Program-made: the position numbers and the translations under genes
Source: Nemertoderma westbladi
Taxonomy: Eukaryota; Animalia; Xenacoelomorpha
Length of the DNA stretch: 64,000 bases
Reading direction: 5' to 3'
Assembly: GCA_032718475.1 (NCBI GenBank)
Contig: JAUCBJ010000373.1
Coordinates: 23,460-87,459, forward strand
Part shown: piece after piece, positions 12,284 through 25,921 of the stretch
Numbering within the stretch: the stretch's first letter is position 1
How the letters are laid out: each line of letters begins with the position of its first letter
Notes under the pieces: model-generated
What the model was told of the DNA's origin: nothing
The model's database searches: none
What the model saw: only the letters and a program-made list of their open reading frames with translations

Positions 12284-14426
12284 TTGTTTGTCTGTCCAAG
12301 CTATACGTTTCTACACACAAGCACCAATCTGAGCTCGCGATACATCGAACGAAAGCTCTCGTCACGAGCACGTGCACTGTCGCTATCTCGAGTCTTATTT
12401 TACGCGTTTGTTTGCGTGAATGCAGATTTCGTGAATTTGGTACCGGTAGCGCAGTAGGCCTAGCAGTTCATTCTGTCACTCTACATGTTGGGTCTCGACT
12501 ATTATGCTACTTTTTGATGCGCATCTACGTGATGCAGACTGCCCTGAGCACATGGACGCGAAACGTCGTTATATCGAGGCGAATTTTATGCATCATTTAT
12601 GTGTGAATGGTTATTTGTGGTCAAATTGGGCTATTATTCCATAACAATTTTCAGCCAAATTTGTCAACCAGCAGGGAACTCCATAACAGCGGTTGCACCA
12701 ACAGACTCAATCTGTTCTAAATGATACTTTGCAGATACGTTCCTGACCATAGACTGTGTGTTTGGGAAGACACTGATCAATCTGCAGTTCTCCAGTCTGC
12801 CGCTAGGGGGCGAAATGTCAGAAACTGAAAACCTTCTCCCATTTCGTTATTATTAATGCCTTTTAGCTGATACGTGGCAGAGGTCTACTACACCATAGGC
12901 TGTGTGTTTTCGGAGGATGCTAACCAATCTGCAATTCCCCAGTCTGCCGCTAGGGGGAGCAATATCTGAAAGTGAAAACCTTATCCCATTTCGTTGTTTA
13001 TAATGCTTTTTTGCTGATACTTGGCAGAAGTCGACTACACCATAGACTGCGTGTTTGTAGAGAACTCTGAATAATCTGAAATTCATCTGTCTGCCGGTAG
13101 GGGGCGCAATGTCTGAAAGTGAAAACCTTCACCCATTTCGTTGTTTATACTGCTTTTTTGCTGATACTTGCCAGAGGTCTACTACACCAAGACTGCGTGT
13201 TTGGGGAGGAGCTAGAACCAGTCTGCATTTCTCCAGTCTACCGCTAGGGGGCCAAATGTCTGAAAGTGAAAACCTTATCCCATTTCTTATTAATAATGCT
13301 TTTAGGCTGACACTTGGCAGATTTGTATTACACCATAGGGTGTGTGTCTAGGTAAGACGCCGAACAAACTGCAGTTCTCCATTTGGCCGCTAGGGGGCGA
13401 AATGTCTGAACGTGAAAACCTTATCCCATTTTGATGTTTATAATGTTTTTAGGCTGATACTTGTCAGAGGTCTACTACATCAAAGACTGCGTGTTTGTGG
13501 AGAACTAAGACCAATTTGCAATAGCTCTGTCTGCCGCTAGGGGGCGCAATGTCTGAAAGTGAAAACCTTTATGCATTTCATTGTTTATCATGCTTTTTTG
13601 CTGATACTCGACAGAGGTCTACTACACCATAGACTGTGTGTTTGGGGAGGAGTTAGAACCAGTCTGCATTTATCCAGTCTACCGCTAGGGGGCCAAATGT
13701 CTGAAAGTGAAAACCTTATCCCATTTCGTTATTTATATGCATTCAGGCTGACACTTGCCAGATGTGTAATACACCATAGGGTGTGTGTCTAGGTAAGACG
13801 CCGAACAAACTGCAGTTCTCCATTCGGCCGCTAGGGGCCAAAATGTCTGAAAGTGAAAACCTTATCCCGTTTCGTTGTTTCTAATGCTTTTAGGCTGATA
13901 ATTGTCAGAGGTCTACTACACCATAGACTGCGTGTTTGTGGAAAACTCTGACCAATCTGCAATTTCTCAGTCTGCCGCTAGAGGGTGAAATGTCTCAGTG
14001 AAATCCTTCTCCCATTTCGTTGTTTCTAATGCTTTTTTGCTTATACTTGGGAAAGGTATGCTTGACCATAGGCTGTTTGTATGGGGAGGACGCTAACCAG
14101 TCTCCGGATTTCCAGTCTAACTGCTAGGGTGCGAAATATCTGAATCTGAAAAGTAAAAACATTCTCACATTTATTTATTAAAAATGCTTTTACGCTTATA
14201 ATTGTCAGAGGTCTACTGTACTACATCATAAGGCTGCATCTATGTGAAGGATGTTGACCAGTGTAGATATCTGAAAAAGTAAAACAGCATCAGTCTTTTG
14301 TTTGAGAGAACATTTCTCAATCATATGAGTTTTGTTAAGTTAATTAATTAATTAATGTTTGGAATGGTGAATAGGCTTGTGAACTACAGTAGAAAGCCGT
14401 GGCCCGAAGGGCCACTGGCTTTCTAG
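12232..14426 (+). mobile_element. Non-autonomous Helitron, type B copy 1
   Basis: TC start directly after the previous CTAG, (GTCT)n, ~147-bp repeats, 3' GTGGCCC-GAA-GGGCCAC hairpin and CTAG. Confidence 0.9.
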
Positions 14427-16481
14427 TCTAATATATATAAATATCGATTGTCTGTCTGTCTGTGTGTTTGTCATCGGCTATACAATCGAACCCATCTCGA
14501 TGAAATCTCGCTTGCTATAGCTCGTTAGAAAGGTCTCGCTCTAACTCGTTGCAACGTAATACTCAGAGTCGTCTGAAGTTCGCCCGTCTGCCGCTAGAGG
14601 GCGATTTTTGTGATTTTCGGGCGAAATTTATCGAATTATTTCGGTTCTTCTATCGGTAATTAATGATTTACAGGGCTAATATTTATCCCACCTGGTATAA
14701 AATTAACATGAGTAGATTCGCCGTGTCCCATTCTCACAAAGTTTTTATTTTATTCGAGTGTTTAATATAAATATGTATGATTATTTATTGATTAAAAATC
14801 AAATAGTGTATAAATATGTCATATTCGCCAAGCACGATCGAATTGGCCTATTGGTATTGAATAGGGAAGGATTGTTTTCTGTATCATAGCAACGTTAAGG
14901 TAATTATTGAAATCGCAGCTAGCTGGGCACAGATAAGGAGCAAGCAGGCTGGAGTGTTGATTGGGGTGGGTTTGGGTTGTCTATTGCTAATTGCTCAGAG
15001 TAATTCTGCTTTTTCAATCATTGGCTGCATGGAAGGAGAGGTTTATAACATTTTTGTTTTACTGTTATGAATATTAAAAGGAAAATAATTATTTCTGTAG
15101 GCCTATACTTACTGTATTATTATTTTATCTAATAGTATACATCTAATCTCGATGAAATCTCGCTTACTATAGCTCGTTAGATAGGTATCGCCCTAAGTCG
15201 TTGCAACGTAATACTCAGAGCCGTCTGAAGTTCCCCCGTCTGCCGCTAGAGGGCGAATTGTCCAATAGTGAAAACCTGATCTTATTGGGTTGTTTTTAAT
15301 GCTTTTGAGCTGAAACTTGGTAGCTATATACTGCAGCATAGGCTGTATTATTTCCGGAGTCACTGGGTTGTCTACAGTTCCCCAGTCTACCGTTAGAGGG
15401 CTAAATGTCTGAGAGTTAACATCTTCTCCAACTTTGTTATTTACAATCCGTTTAGACTGAAACTTGGTAGGCATCTACTACAGCATAGACTGTATCTTTA
15501 CTGAGTAGCAGAGTCGTCTACAATTCCCCGGTCTACCGCTAGAGGGCGAAATGTCTGAAAGTTAACATCTTCTCCAACTTTGTTATTTATAATCCATTTA
15601 GACTGATATATACTATATCGATACATAGACTATATCTTTGCGGAGTAGTAGAGTTGTCTACAGTTCCACAGTCAGCCGCAAGAGGGCGAATTGTCTGATA
15701 GTGAAAACCTCATCCCATTTGGTTCTTTTTAATCATTTTGAGCTGAAAATTGGTTGGTATCTACTACATCATAGGCTCTATCTTTACGGAGTTGCAGAGT
15801 CCTATACACTTCCCCGGTCTACCGCTAGAGGGTGAAATGTCTGAAAGTTAACATCTTCTCCAACTTTGTTATTTACAAACGGTTTAGACTGAAACTTGGT
15901 AGGCATCTACTACAGCATAGGCTCTACATTTACTGAGTCGCAGAGTTGTATACAGTTCCCCTATCTGCCGCTAGAGGGCGAATTGTCTGTTAGTGAACAC
16001 CTCATCCCAATTGGTTCTTTTTAATCCCTTTGAGCTGGAACTTGGCAGGAATCTACTACAGCATATTCTGTATCTTTACGGAGTCCCAGAGTCGTCTACA
16101 GTTCTTCAGTCTACCGCTAGAGGGTGAAATGTCTGAATGTGAACATCTACACCAATTTTGTTATTTACAATCTGTTTAAGCTGAAACTTGAAAGGCAGGC
16201 ATTTTACTTCACCATAAACCCCATCTTTACCAAACTGCAGCGTCGTCTGCATTTCACCAGTCCGCAGGTAGAGGGTGGATCTGAAAGTGATCATTTTCTG
16301 GAAATTTTGTTATTTACAATCTGCCTAAAGTTGAAACTTGACAGTTATCTCTTATGGGGGTGGTGTTTTATTTAATGATGGTGTCTGTTCCGTATGCAGT
16401 TCTCCAATCTCCCACACATATTCATATATAATCTGCACATGCACTAGAAAGCTGTGGCCCGAAGGGCCACAGGCTTTCTAG
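14427..16481 (+). mobile_element. Non-autonomous Helitron, type A copy 2
   Basis: Colinear with 10039-12231, with substitutions, indels and about one fewer internal repeat. TC...hairpin-CTAG ends. Confidence 0.9.
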
Positions 16482-16502
16482 TCTATATATATAAATATCA
16501 TG

Positions 16503-16542
<40 letters not shown>

Positions 16543-18282
16543 CAAGCTATACGTTTCTACACACAAGCACCAATCTGAGCTCGCGATACATCGAACGAAA
16601 GCTCTCGTCACGAGCACGTGCACTGTCGCTATCTCGAGTCTTATTTTATACGTTTGTTTGCGTGAATGCAGATTTCGTGAATTTGGTACCGGTAGCGCGG
16701 TAAGCCTAGCAGTTCATTCTGTCACTCTACATGTTGGGTCCGACTATTATGCTACTTTTTGATACCAGACATAATCTGTTCTAAATGATACTTTGCAGAT
16801 CTGTTCCCGACCATAGACTGTGTGTTTGGGAGGACACTGATCAATCTGCAGTTCTCCAGTCTGCCGCTAGGGGGCGAAATATCCGAAACTGAAAACATCT
16901 CCCATTTCGTTATTATTAAAGCCTTTTAGCTGATACATGGCAGAGGTCTTCTACACCATAGGCTTTGTGTTTGGGGAGGATGCTGACCAATCTGCAATTC
17001 CCCAGTCTGCCGCTAGGGGGAGAAATATCTGAAAGTGAAAACCTTATCCCATTTCTTTGTTTATAATGCTTTTTTGCTGATACTTGGCAGAGGTCTACTA
17101 CACCATACAGCGTGTTTGGGGAGGAGCTAATCAGTCTGCATTTCTCCAGTCTACCGCTAGGGGGCCAAATGTCTGAAAGTGAATTTCGTTATTAATAATG
17201 CTTTTAGGCTGACACTTGGCAGATGTGTATTACACCATATGGTGTGTGTCTGTGGAGGACGCCCAACTATCTGCAGTTCTCCATTCGGCCGCTAGGGGGC
17301 GAAATATCTGAAAGTGAAAACCTTATCCCATTTCGTTGTTTATAATACTTATAGGCTGATACTTGGCAGAGGTCTACTACGCCATAGGCTGCGTGTTTGT
17401 GGAGAACTCTGACCAAGCTGCAATTCCTCTGTCTGCCACTAGGGGGCGCAATGTCTGAAAGTGAAAACCTTCACCCATTTCGTTATTAATAATGCTTTTA
17501 TGCTGATACTTTGCAGAGGTCTTCTACACCATAGACTGTGTTTTTGTGGAGAACTCTGACCAATCTGCAATTCCTAAGTCTGCCGCTAGAGGGTGAAATG
17601 TCTGAAATGAAAACCTTCTCCCATTTCGTTGTTTCTAATGCTTGTTTTTTATACTTGGGAAAGGTATACTACACCATAGGCTGTGTGTTTGGGGCGGATG
17701 CTAACCAGTCTGCAGTTCTCCAGTATACTGCTAGAGGGTGCGAAATGTCTGAAAAGTGAAAATATTCTCACATTTATTTATTAAAAACGCATTTAGGCTG
17801 ATACTTGGCAGAGGTCTACTGTACTACATCATTGGCTGCGTCTTTGGGAAGGACGTTGACCAGTCTGCAGTTCTCAAGTCCGCCACTAGGGGACGAATTA
17901 TCTGAAAGTTAAATCCTTCTCCCATTTAAATGCTTTAGAGTTGATTCTTGGCAGCGATCTATAATTACTGTACAGTACCTACTAAATTTACGAGGATGAT
18001 AACCTGCAGTTCTACAATTTAACCTTTTTCCATATTTTTACTATTTTGTAATCCTTTGGAAATGATACTTGGTAGGCATTTACTACAGTATATACAACAA
18101 GCCTTATGTTGTACATAGTAGTTTGTAGTAAAATAGCTTCAGTAATTTTGTTTGAGAGAACACTCAATCATGTGACGTTTTGTTAAGTTAAGTTAATTAA
18201 TTAATTACAGAATTAATGTTTGGAATGGTGAATAGGCTTGTGAACTAGAAAGCCGTGGCCCGAAGGGCCACTGGCTTTCTAG
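16482..18282 (+). mobile_element. Non-autonomous Helitron, type B copy 2
   Basis: Colinear with 12232-14426. It ends hairpin-CTAG|T, completing an A|T insertion site for the whole array. Confidence 0.9.
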
Positions 18283-19006
18283 TTTAATTAATAAATTTAC
18301 AATATAAATAACATTTACAGATGGTGGCTGATGGATTAATGGTACATATTTACTTTGACATATTAAAAAGAGTTGTATATCAATTGATTCATAGGTTATT
18401 TTAGTAGGCCTAAATATAGTGCCCGTTACGGACTCACATGCAAATGTACAAAGAAAAATTACCCAATTTTATTTTGACAAATTCTCTTGATTTACCAAAT
18501 TAAAACTTTTAAGTACCTTTCGTTACTGAGTCACATAATTCTGTAGGCCAAATCAAAAATTGTTGAAACTTTGAATTCACAATGCTACGCTGTCAATATT
18601 TAAATTTTTTTTATCATCAATAGCTTCTAATAAATGTTGAATTTTCGATTGTTATAATTTCCTGTCTTATTCCGACAATTTCAATGGTAGGAAGATTACG
18701 TCAAAAATGACATGGATTAATTTCTACACATTTGAAAATAAGTAAAAAAAATTCCTCATATTGAATAATAAAAACCCAATTGTTACCCTCAAAAATATTA
18801 AAAATCCGTCACTTTTATTAAAAATTTCATTCTTTCTCGTCATTTTGATACCAAAATTATGCTGATCAGATGACTTTTTATTTTCGACGTAAGTGTTACA
18901 TCAATGGTAGAATTGCCCAATAACTGATATCACGTGATCAGCGCCTTTTATCCCATTATCTATTGAGCGACCAAGTACGATACATTAATCTAATATCGAA
19001 AACTAA

Positions 19007-22000
19007 TATAGAACAATGGCTCCACCCCACCTGGTCTACTTATAGAACAATGGCTCTAATGCACCCCACCTGGTCTACTTATAGAACAATGGCTCTAATG
19101 CACACCACCTGGTCTACTTATAGAACAATGGCTATAATGCACCCCACCTGGTCTACTTATAGAACAATGGCTCTAATGCGCCCCACCTGGTCTACTTATA
19201 GAACAATGGCTCTAATGCACACCACCTGGTCTACTTATAGAACAATGGCTCTAATGCACCCCACCTGGTCTACTTATAGAACAATGGCTCTAATGCACAC
19301 CACCTGGTCTACTTATAGAACAATGGCTCTAATGCACCCCACCTGGTAAACTTATAGAACAATGGCTCTAATGCACCCCACCTGGTCTACTTATAGAACA
19401 ATGGCTCTAATGCACACCACCTGGTCTACTTATAGAACAATGGCTCTAATGCACCCCACCTGGTAAACTTATAGAACAATGGCTCTAATGCACCCCACCT
19501 GGTCTACTTATAGAACAATGGCTCTAATGCACCCGACCTGGTCTACTTATAGAACAATGGCTCTAATGCACCCCACCTGGTCTACTTATAGAACAATGGC
19601 TCTAATGCACACCACCTGGTTTACTTATAGAACAATGGCTATAATGCACACCACCTGGTCTACTTGTAGAACAATGGCTCTAATGCACACCACCTGGTCT
19701 ACTTATAGAACAATGGATCTAATGCACACCACCTGGTCTACTTATAGAACAATGGCTCTAATGCACCCCACCTGGTCTACTTATAGAACAATGGCTCTAA
19801 TGCACCCCCCTGGTCTACTTATAGAACAATGGCTATAATGCACACCACCTGGTCTACTTATAGAACAATGGCTATAATGCACCCCACCTGGTCTACTTAT
19901 AGAACAATGGCTCTAATGCACACCACCTGGTCTACTTATAGAACAATGGCTCTAATGCACACCACCTGGTCTACTTATAGAACAATGGCTCTAATGTACA
20001 CCACCTGGTCTACTTATAGAACAATGGTTCTAATGCACCCCACCTGGTCTACTTATAGAACAATGGCTCTAATGCACCCGACCTGGTCTACTTATAGAAC
20101 AATGCTAATGCACCCCACCTGGTCTACTTATAGAACAATGGCTCTAATGTACACCACCTGGTCTACTTATAGAACAATGGCTCTAATGCACCCCACCTGG
20201 TCTACTTATGGAACAATGGGTCTAATGCACCCCACCTGGTCTACTTATAGAACAATGGCTCTAATGCACCCCACCTGGTCTACTTATAGAACAATGGCTC
20301 TAATGCACACCACCTGGTCTACTTATAGAACAATGGCTCTAATGCACACCACCTGGTCTACTTGTAGAACAATGGCTCTAATGCACACCACCTGGTCTAC
20401 TTATAGAACAATGGATCTAATGCACACCACCTGGTCTACTTATAGAACAATGGCTCTAATGCACCCGACCTGGTCTACTTATAGAACAATGGCTCTAATG
20501 CACACCACCTGGTCTACTTATAGAACAATGGCTCTAATGCACCCCACCTGGTCTACTTATAGAACAATGGCTCTAATGCACACCACGTCTAATTATAGAA
20601 CAATGGATCTAATGCACACCACCTGGTCTAATTATAGAACAATGGTTCTAATGCACCCCACCTGGTCTACTTATAGAACAATGGCTCTAATGCACACCAC
20701 CTGGTCTACTTATAGAACAATGGCTCTAATGCACCCCACCTGGTCTACTTATAGAACAATGGCTCTAATGCACACCACCTGGTCTACTTATAGAACAATG
20801 GCTCTAATGCACACCACGTCTAATTATAGAACAATGGCTCTAATGCACCCCACCTGGTCTACTTATAGAACAATGGCTCTAATGCACACCACCTGGTCTA
20901 CTTATAGAACAATGGCTCTAATGCACACCACCTGGTCTACTTATAGAACAATGGCTCTAATGCACACCACCTGGTCTACTTGTAGAACAATGGCTCTAAT
21001 GCACACCACCTGGTCTACTTATAGAACAATGGCTATAATGCACCCCACCTGGTCTACTTATAGAACAATGGCTCTAATGCACACCACCTGGTCTACTTAT
21101 ATAACAATGGCTCTAATGCACACCACCTGGTCTACTTATAGAACAATGGCTCTAATGCACACCACCTGGTCTACTTGTAGAACAATGGCTCTAATGCACA
21201 CCACCTGGTCTACTTATAGAACAATGGATCTAATGCACCCCACCTGGTCTACTTATAGAACAATGGCTCTAATGCACACCACGTCTAATTATAGAACAAT
21301 GGATCTAATGCACACCACCTGGTCTACTTATATAACAATGGCTCTAATGCACACCACCTGGTCTACTTATAGAACAATGGCTCTAATGCACACCACCTGG
21401 TCTACTTGTAGAACAATGGCTCTAATGCACACCACCTGGTCTACTTATAGAACAATGGATCTAATGCACCCCACCTGGTCTACTTATAGAACAATGGCTC
21501 TAATGCACACCACGTCTAATTATAGAACAATGGATCTAATGCACACCACCTGGTCTAATTATAGAACAATGGCTCTAATGCACACCACCTGGTCTACTTA
21601 TAGAACAATGGCTCTAATGCACCCCACCTGGTCTACTTATAGAACAATGGCTATAATGCACCCCACCTGGTCTACTTATAGAACAATGGTTCTAATGCAC
21701 CCCACCTGGTCTACTTATAGAACAATGGCTCTAATGCACACCACCTGGTCTACTCATAGAACAATGGCTCTAATGTACACCACCTGGTCTACTCATAGAA
21801 CAATGGCTCTAAGGCACCCCACCTGGTCTACTTATAGAACAATGGCTCTAATGCACACCACCTGGTCTACTTATAGAACAATGGCTCTAATGCACCCCAC
21901 CTGGTCTACTTATAGAACAATGGCTCTAATGCACCCGACCTGGTCTACTTATAGAACAATGGCTCTAATGCACCCCACCTGGTCTACTCATAGAACAATG

Positions 22001-25000
22001 GCTCTAATGCACACCACCTGGTCTACTTATATAACAATGGCTCTAATGCACCCCACCTAGTCTACTTATAGAACAATGGCTCTAATGCACACCACCTGGT
22101 CTACTTATATAACAATGGCTCTAATGCACCCCACCTAGTCTACTTATAGAACAATGGCTCTAATGCACACCACCTGGTCTACTCATAGAACAATGTCTCT
22201 AATGCACCCCACCTGGTCTACTTATAGAACAATGGCTCTAATGCACCCCACCTGGTCTACTCATAGAACAATGGCTCTAATGCACCCCACCTGGTCTACT
22301 TATAGAACAATGGCTCTAATGCACACCACCTGGTCTACTTATAGAACAATGGCTCTAATGCACACCACCTGGTCTACTTATAGAACAATGGCTCTAATGC
22401 ACCCCACCTGGTCTACTTATAGAACAATGGCTATAATGCACCCCACCTGGTCTACTTATAGAACAATGGCTCTAATGCACACCACCTGGTCTACTTATAG
22501 AACAATGGCTCTAATGCACACCACCTGGTCTACTTATAGAACAATGTCTCTAATGCACCCCACCTGGTCTACTTATAGAACAATGGCTCTAATGCACACC
22601 ACCTGGTCTACTTATAGAACAATGGCTCTAATGCACCCCACCTGGTCTACTTATAGAACAATGGCTCTAATGCACACCACCTGGTCTACTTATAGAACAA
22701 TGTCTCTAATGCACCCCACCTGGTCTACTTATAGAACAATGGCTCTAATGCACCCCACCTGGTCTACTTATAGAACAATGGCTCTAATGCACCCCACCTG
22801 GTCTACTCATAGAACAATGTCTCTAATGCACCCCACCTGGTCTACTTATAGAACAATGTCTCTAATGCACCCCACCTGGTCTACTTATATAACAATGGCT
22901 CTAATGCACCCCACCTAGTCTACTTATAGAACAATGGCTCTAATGCACACCACCTGGTCTACTTATAGAACAATGGCTCTAATGCACCCCACCTAGTCTA
23001 CTTATAGAACAATGGCTCTAATGCACACCACCTGGTCTACTTATAGAACAATGGCTCTAATGCACCCCACCTGGTCTACTTATAGAACAATGGCTCTAAT
23101 GCACACCACCTGGTCTACTTATAGAACAATGGCTCTAATGCACACCACCTGGTCTACTTATAGAACAATGGCTCTAATGCACCCCACCTGGTCTACTTAT
23201 AGAACAATGGCTCTAATGCACCCCACCTGGTCTACTTATAGAACAATGACTCTAATGCACCCCACCTGGTCTACTTATAGAACAATGACTCTAATGCACC
23301 CCACCTGGTCTACTTATAGAACAATGGCTCTAATGTACACCACCTGGTCTACTTATAGAACAATGGCTCTAATGCACACCACCTGGTCTACTTATAGAAC
23401 AATGGCTCTAATGCACCCCACCTGGTCTACTTATAGAACAATGTCTCTAATGCACACCACCTGGTCTACTTATAGAACAATGGCTCTAATGTACACCACC
23501 TGGTCTACTTATAGAACAATGGCTCTAATGCACACCACCTGGTCTACTCATAGAACAATGGCTCTAATGCACCCGACCTGGTCTACTTATAGAACAATGG
23601 CTCTAATGCACACCACCTGGTCTACTTATAGAACAATGGCTCTAATGTACACCACCTGGTCTACTTATAGAACAATGGCTCTAATGCACACCACCTGGTC
23701 TACTTATAGAACAATGGCTCTAATGCACACCACCTGGTCTACTTATAGAACAATGGCTCTAATGCACCCCACCTGGTCTACTCATAGAACAATGGCTCTA
23801 ATGCACCCCACCCGGTCTACTTATAGAACAATGGCTCTAATGCGCCCCACCTGGTCTACTTATAGAACAATGGCTCTAATGCACACCACCTGGTCTACTT
23901 ATAGAACAATGGGTCTAATGCACCCCACCTGGTCTACTTATAGAACAATGGCTCTAATGCACACCACCTGGTCTACTTATAGAACAATGGCTCTAATGTA
24001 CACCACCTGGTCTACTTATAGAACAATGGCTCTAATGCACACCACCTGGTCTACTTATAGAACAATGGCTCTAATGCACACCACCTGGTCTACTTATAGA
24101 ACAATGGCTCTAATGTACCCCACCTGGTCTACTTATAGAACAATGGCTCTAATGCACACCACCTGGTCTACTTATAGAACAATGGCTCTAATGCACACCA
24201 CCTGGTCTACTTATAGAACAATGGCTCTAATGTACACCACCTGGTCTACTTATAGAACAATGGCTCTAATGCACACCACCTGGTCTACTCATAGAACAAT
24301 GGCTCTAATGCACCCGACCTGGTCTACTTATAGAACAATGGCTCTAATGCACACCACCTGGTCTACTTATAGAACAATGGCTCTAATGTACACCACCTGG
24401 TCTACTTATAGAACAATGGCTCTAATGCACACCACCTGGTCTACTTATAGAACAATGGCTCTAATGCACACCACCTGGTCTACTTATAGAACAATGGCTC
24501 TAATGCACACCACCTGGTCTACTTGTAGAACAATGGCTCTAATGCACCCCACCTGGTCTACTTATAGAACAATGGCTCTAATGCACCCGACCTGGTCTAC
24601 TTATAGAACAATGGCTCTAATGCACACCACCTGGTCTACTTATAGAACAATGGCTCTAATGCACCCCACATGGTCTACTTATAGAACAATGGCTCTAATG
24701 CACCCCACCTGGTCTACTCATAGAACAATGGCTCTAATGCACCCGACCTGGTCTACTTATAGAACAATGGCTCTAATGCACACCACCTGGTCTACTTATA
24801 GAACAATGGCTCTAATGCACACCACCTGGTCTACTTATAGAACAATGACTCTAATGCGCCCCACCTGGTCTACTTATAGAACAATGGCTCTAATGCACCC
24901 CACCTGGTCTACTTATAGAACAATGGCTCTAATGCACACCACCTGGTCTACTTATAGAACAATGGCTCTAATGCACCCCACATGGTCTACTTATAGAACA

Positions 25001-25195
25001 ATGGCTCTAATGCACCCCACCTGGTCTACTCATAGAACAATGGCTCTAATGCACACCACCCGGTCTACTTATCTACTTATAGAACAATGGCTCTAATGCG
25101 CCCCACCTGGTCTACTTATAGAACAATGGCTCTAATGCGCCCCACCTGGTCTACTTATAGAACAATGGCTCTAATGCGCCCCACCTGGTTTACTT
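19007..25195. repeat. 39-bp tandem satellite (ATGGCTCTAATGCACCCCACCTGGTCTACTTATAGAACA), about 160 units
   Basis: Directly visible, with two dominant variants, CACCCCACC and CACACCACC. Confidence 0.98.
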
Positions 25196-25482
25196 GTGCT
25201 CCGTTACTACTCCCTCCCACCCCTGCAGACTGAATTTGGACCATGGAAGATTGTAGAGATCATATAGACAGGTGAGCCAAGTAAGTTGTGAACCACATTA
25301 TGATTAAATTAAGAATTATGAAAATAATCGAAGTTTAGAAGTTCAGAACAAACAATATATTTTTACACAAAAATTAATTACTTGTATAAACGACTCATAG
25401 TAACATCCTAAGGTACACTAATAATGTTAAGGCCAAATTCCGTATGATTATTAAGGGTGGGGTTACATTTGTTCCCCCTACC

Positions 25483-25921
25483 CACAGTAACACCCCCCCC
25501 CCCATCGGCCCCCAGTAACCGACCCCCTTCCCCCAGTAACCGGCCCCCGACCCCAGTAACCGCCCCCCTTCCCCCAGTATCCGGCCCCCTTCCCCATGTA
25601 ACCGCCCCCCTTCCCCCAGTAACCGGCCCCCTGCCCCCAGTAACCGCCCCCCTTCCCCCAGTAACCGGCCCCCTTCCCCCAGTATCCGCCCCCTTCCCCC
25701 AGTAACTGGCCCCCCTTCCCCATGTAACCGCCCCCTTCCCCCAGTAACCGGCCCCCTGCCCCCAGCAACCGCCCCCCTTCCCCCAGTAACCGGCCCCCTT
25801 CCCCCAGTATCCGCCCCCTTCCCCCAGTAACTGGCCCCCCTTCCCCATGTAACCGCCCCCTTCCCCCAGTAACCGGCCCCCTGCCCCCAGCAACCGCCCC
25901 CCTTCCCCCAGTAACCGGCCC
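25483..25921. repeat. C-rich ~20-22-bp minisatellite (CCCCCAGTAACCGGCCCCCTT), left part
   Basis: Directly visible. It resumes at 27134 after the LINE insertion. Confidence 0.92.

Larger units (their letters stand above)
9980..18918. mobile_element. Non-autonomous TIR DNA transposon (Sola2-like), interrupted by the Helitron array
   Basis: Termini GGGCAATTC (9980) and GAATTGCCC (18918), with 4-bp TSD AATA (9976-9979 and 18919-18922). The internal motif CGTTACGGACTCAC occurs on both sides of the insert. GRG termini plus a 4-bp TSD fit Sola2 (inference). Confidence 0.7.

Noticed and set aside
10039-18282. Autonomous Helitron (RepHel) coding capacity
   Set aside because: Only short repeat-derived ORFs are present, with no HUH or helicase motifs.
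18963-25096. MALMHPTWSTYRT-repeat proteins of up to 743 aa
   Set aside because: This is a 39-bp satellite with scattered stops, a frameshift near 19808 and mostly non-synonymous variants, with no unique flanking domain.
2188-25195. CRISPR-like appearance of the regular arrays
   Set aside because: There are no unique spacers and no cas genes, and the context is eukaryotic.
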